A stretch of DNA of 63,839 nucleotides, counting the filler, from Fonticula-like sp. SCN 57-25 (taxonomy: Eukaryota), in NCBI GenBank assembly GCA_001724245.1. It is 3 parts of 3 records of this genome, joined end to end, with 100 filler letters (N's around TTAATTAATTAA, not from the genome) between each part and the next. Parts side by side here need not be neighbours in the genome. Positions count along the whole stretch, not along the records: positions 43,212 to 63,839 come from MEDX01000088.1; 2 more parts are not named here. One strand, written 5' to 3'. Positions 62,901 through 63,839 of the stretch are shown piece by piece; positions within the stretch are counted from its first letter, which is position 1; every line of letters starts with the position of its first letter. Position numbers and translations under genes: made by a program. The notes under the pieces were generated by a model. That model saw only the letters and a program-made list of their open reading frames with translations, did not search any database and was not told the origin of the DNA.

Positions 62901-63839
62901 GGGACCAGTCGTGGCTCCTTGCGTCAGTGCGTGTTTCTCGAATCGCTTTTCCTGTAGCTCACGTTGGTGCTTGGAAACAGAAATCCAATGCCCAGCGACT
63001 GGATCGGCAGTTGTCGGCTATGCAAGCTATCCGAGCACCGATGCGGGTACCACCGGGATTGGCACTTGCAACATTGGTTACGAGGGGTCGGCAACTCGCG
63101 CTTGCAGTGTGTGGGGTGCCTGGTCCGACACTGCTACTACATCGTGCACTCGTATGTTTTACTTGTTATTGTACCTGGACTTACTCGATTCGCATCTTTA
63201 GGCATCAGGTGCCCAGCTACCACTATTGACACTGCGTACTTTGAAGAAGCTGATAGCATGGGGTCCGCCGCCGGTACATGCGCTGAGGGGTATTCCGGCT
63301 CACCTTACGCGTACTGCGGAGAGACGGGCCTGTGGGACGCGGTTGCTTTCCCGTGTTCTCGTGCGTGTATTTATTCCAAGTTCCTTGATCTCATGACTGT
63401 TGGTAGGAAATATGTGTCCTTTAGAGTACCATGCTGCGGGCAACGTATCATGGCCCGGCACGTTTTCGTTTGAGCATGCTTCTGGTATATGCGCTCCTGG
63501 GTTTTATGGCACACCGCAGCGACAGTGCCTTGCAGATTCGTGGAGCAGCACTGTACATGGCCAGTGCTACCGTACGTTCCCCTGGGCCCGCATGTGTGCA
63601 TTGCCATCGGATACTAATAATTGACTTTAGACATTACATGTCCCGGAGAACAATACCTTAATGCGTCATTCCCAGCTTCAAATGCCGGTTACTACGCAAC
63701 TGGGCAGTGCGAAGACGGCTTTACCGGCATGCCTGAACGCTTTTGTTCATACGAGGGAGTCTGGTCTTCTACGCTATCATTGCAGTGCACTCGTGCGCCT
63801 CTGCATCACGATGATGCCCGATGCTGATGCTTTTTGTCC
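59952..63839 (+). CDS. Secreted/surface DNRLRE/CBM96-like + EGF + at least 13 HRM/sushi-like Cys repeats, about one repeat per exon (family member 3; runs off window)
   Basis: Signal peptide MAAARRQRWLALALLLSIAASS; DGATTKRSAPDQNF...AYFGFNFSEV...AITWNNQPS; EGF CHADATCNQGPDGASCECNTNYIGNGTHC; repeats separated by phase-1 introns. Junctions at 60612-60845 and 61671-61700 could not be resolved. Confidence 0.8.

Overview
Gene-dense eukaryotic genomic DNA. Introns are numerous and very short (mostly about 40-60 nt, GT-AG, donors GTACGC/GTGCGC/GTTCGT, CTAAC/CTGAC branch point close to the AG), so the ORF track is fragmented and all gene models below were spliced by hand. The window is three pieces (1-21590, 21691-43111, 43212-63839) joined by N-padded TTAATTAATTAA linkers, so adjacency across the gaps is not biological evidence. 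About 30 protein genes are recognisable: LOA1/VPS66, LYST, MED9, RIT1, a PAS-PAS-GATA factor, TMEM120, RPT1 (partial), TLDc/MEAK7, CENP-M, COA4, AIM6-like, RagA, FAM210-like, SPCS2, PAAT-like, MRPL3, NAGK, MRG15/Eaf3, RNF5/185, DNM1/DRP1, mitochondrial GluRS (partial), a GNAT, an Rsc1/2-like bromo-bromo-BAH protein, a C2H2 factor, RYBP/YAF2, transportin, a trihelix factor and CPOX. The mix of fungal-type and animal-type genes suggests a unicellular opisthokont, possibly an early holomycotan (inference). The most unusual signal is a family of secreted or surface proteins with one member at the right end of each piece. Each has a signal peptide, a prokaryote-type DNRLRE/CBM96-like domain (F/Y-D/N-F...TWxNQP) and EGF repeats; two members add long tandem arrays (at least 19 and at least 13) of about 55-aa four-Cys repeats intermediate between the GPCR hormone-receptor (HRM) domain and sushi/CCP. 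One paralog encodes a repeat per exon in alternating A/B doublets, the other carries most of its array in one intronless exon, and all three show a frame or splice anomaly. A densely structured GC-rich non-coding element of about 280 nt (18601-18880) is unexplained. Family calls rest on recognised motifs; no searches were run.
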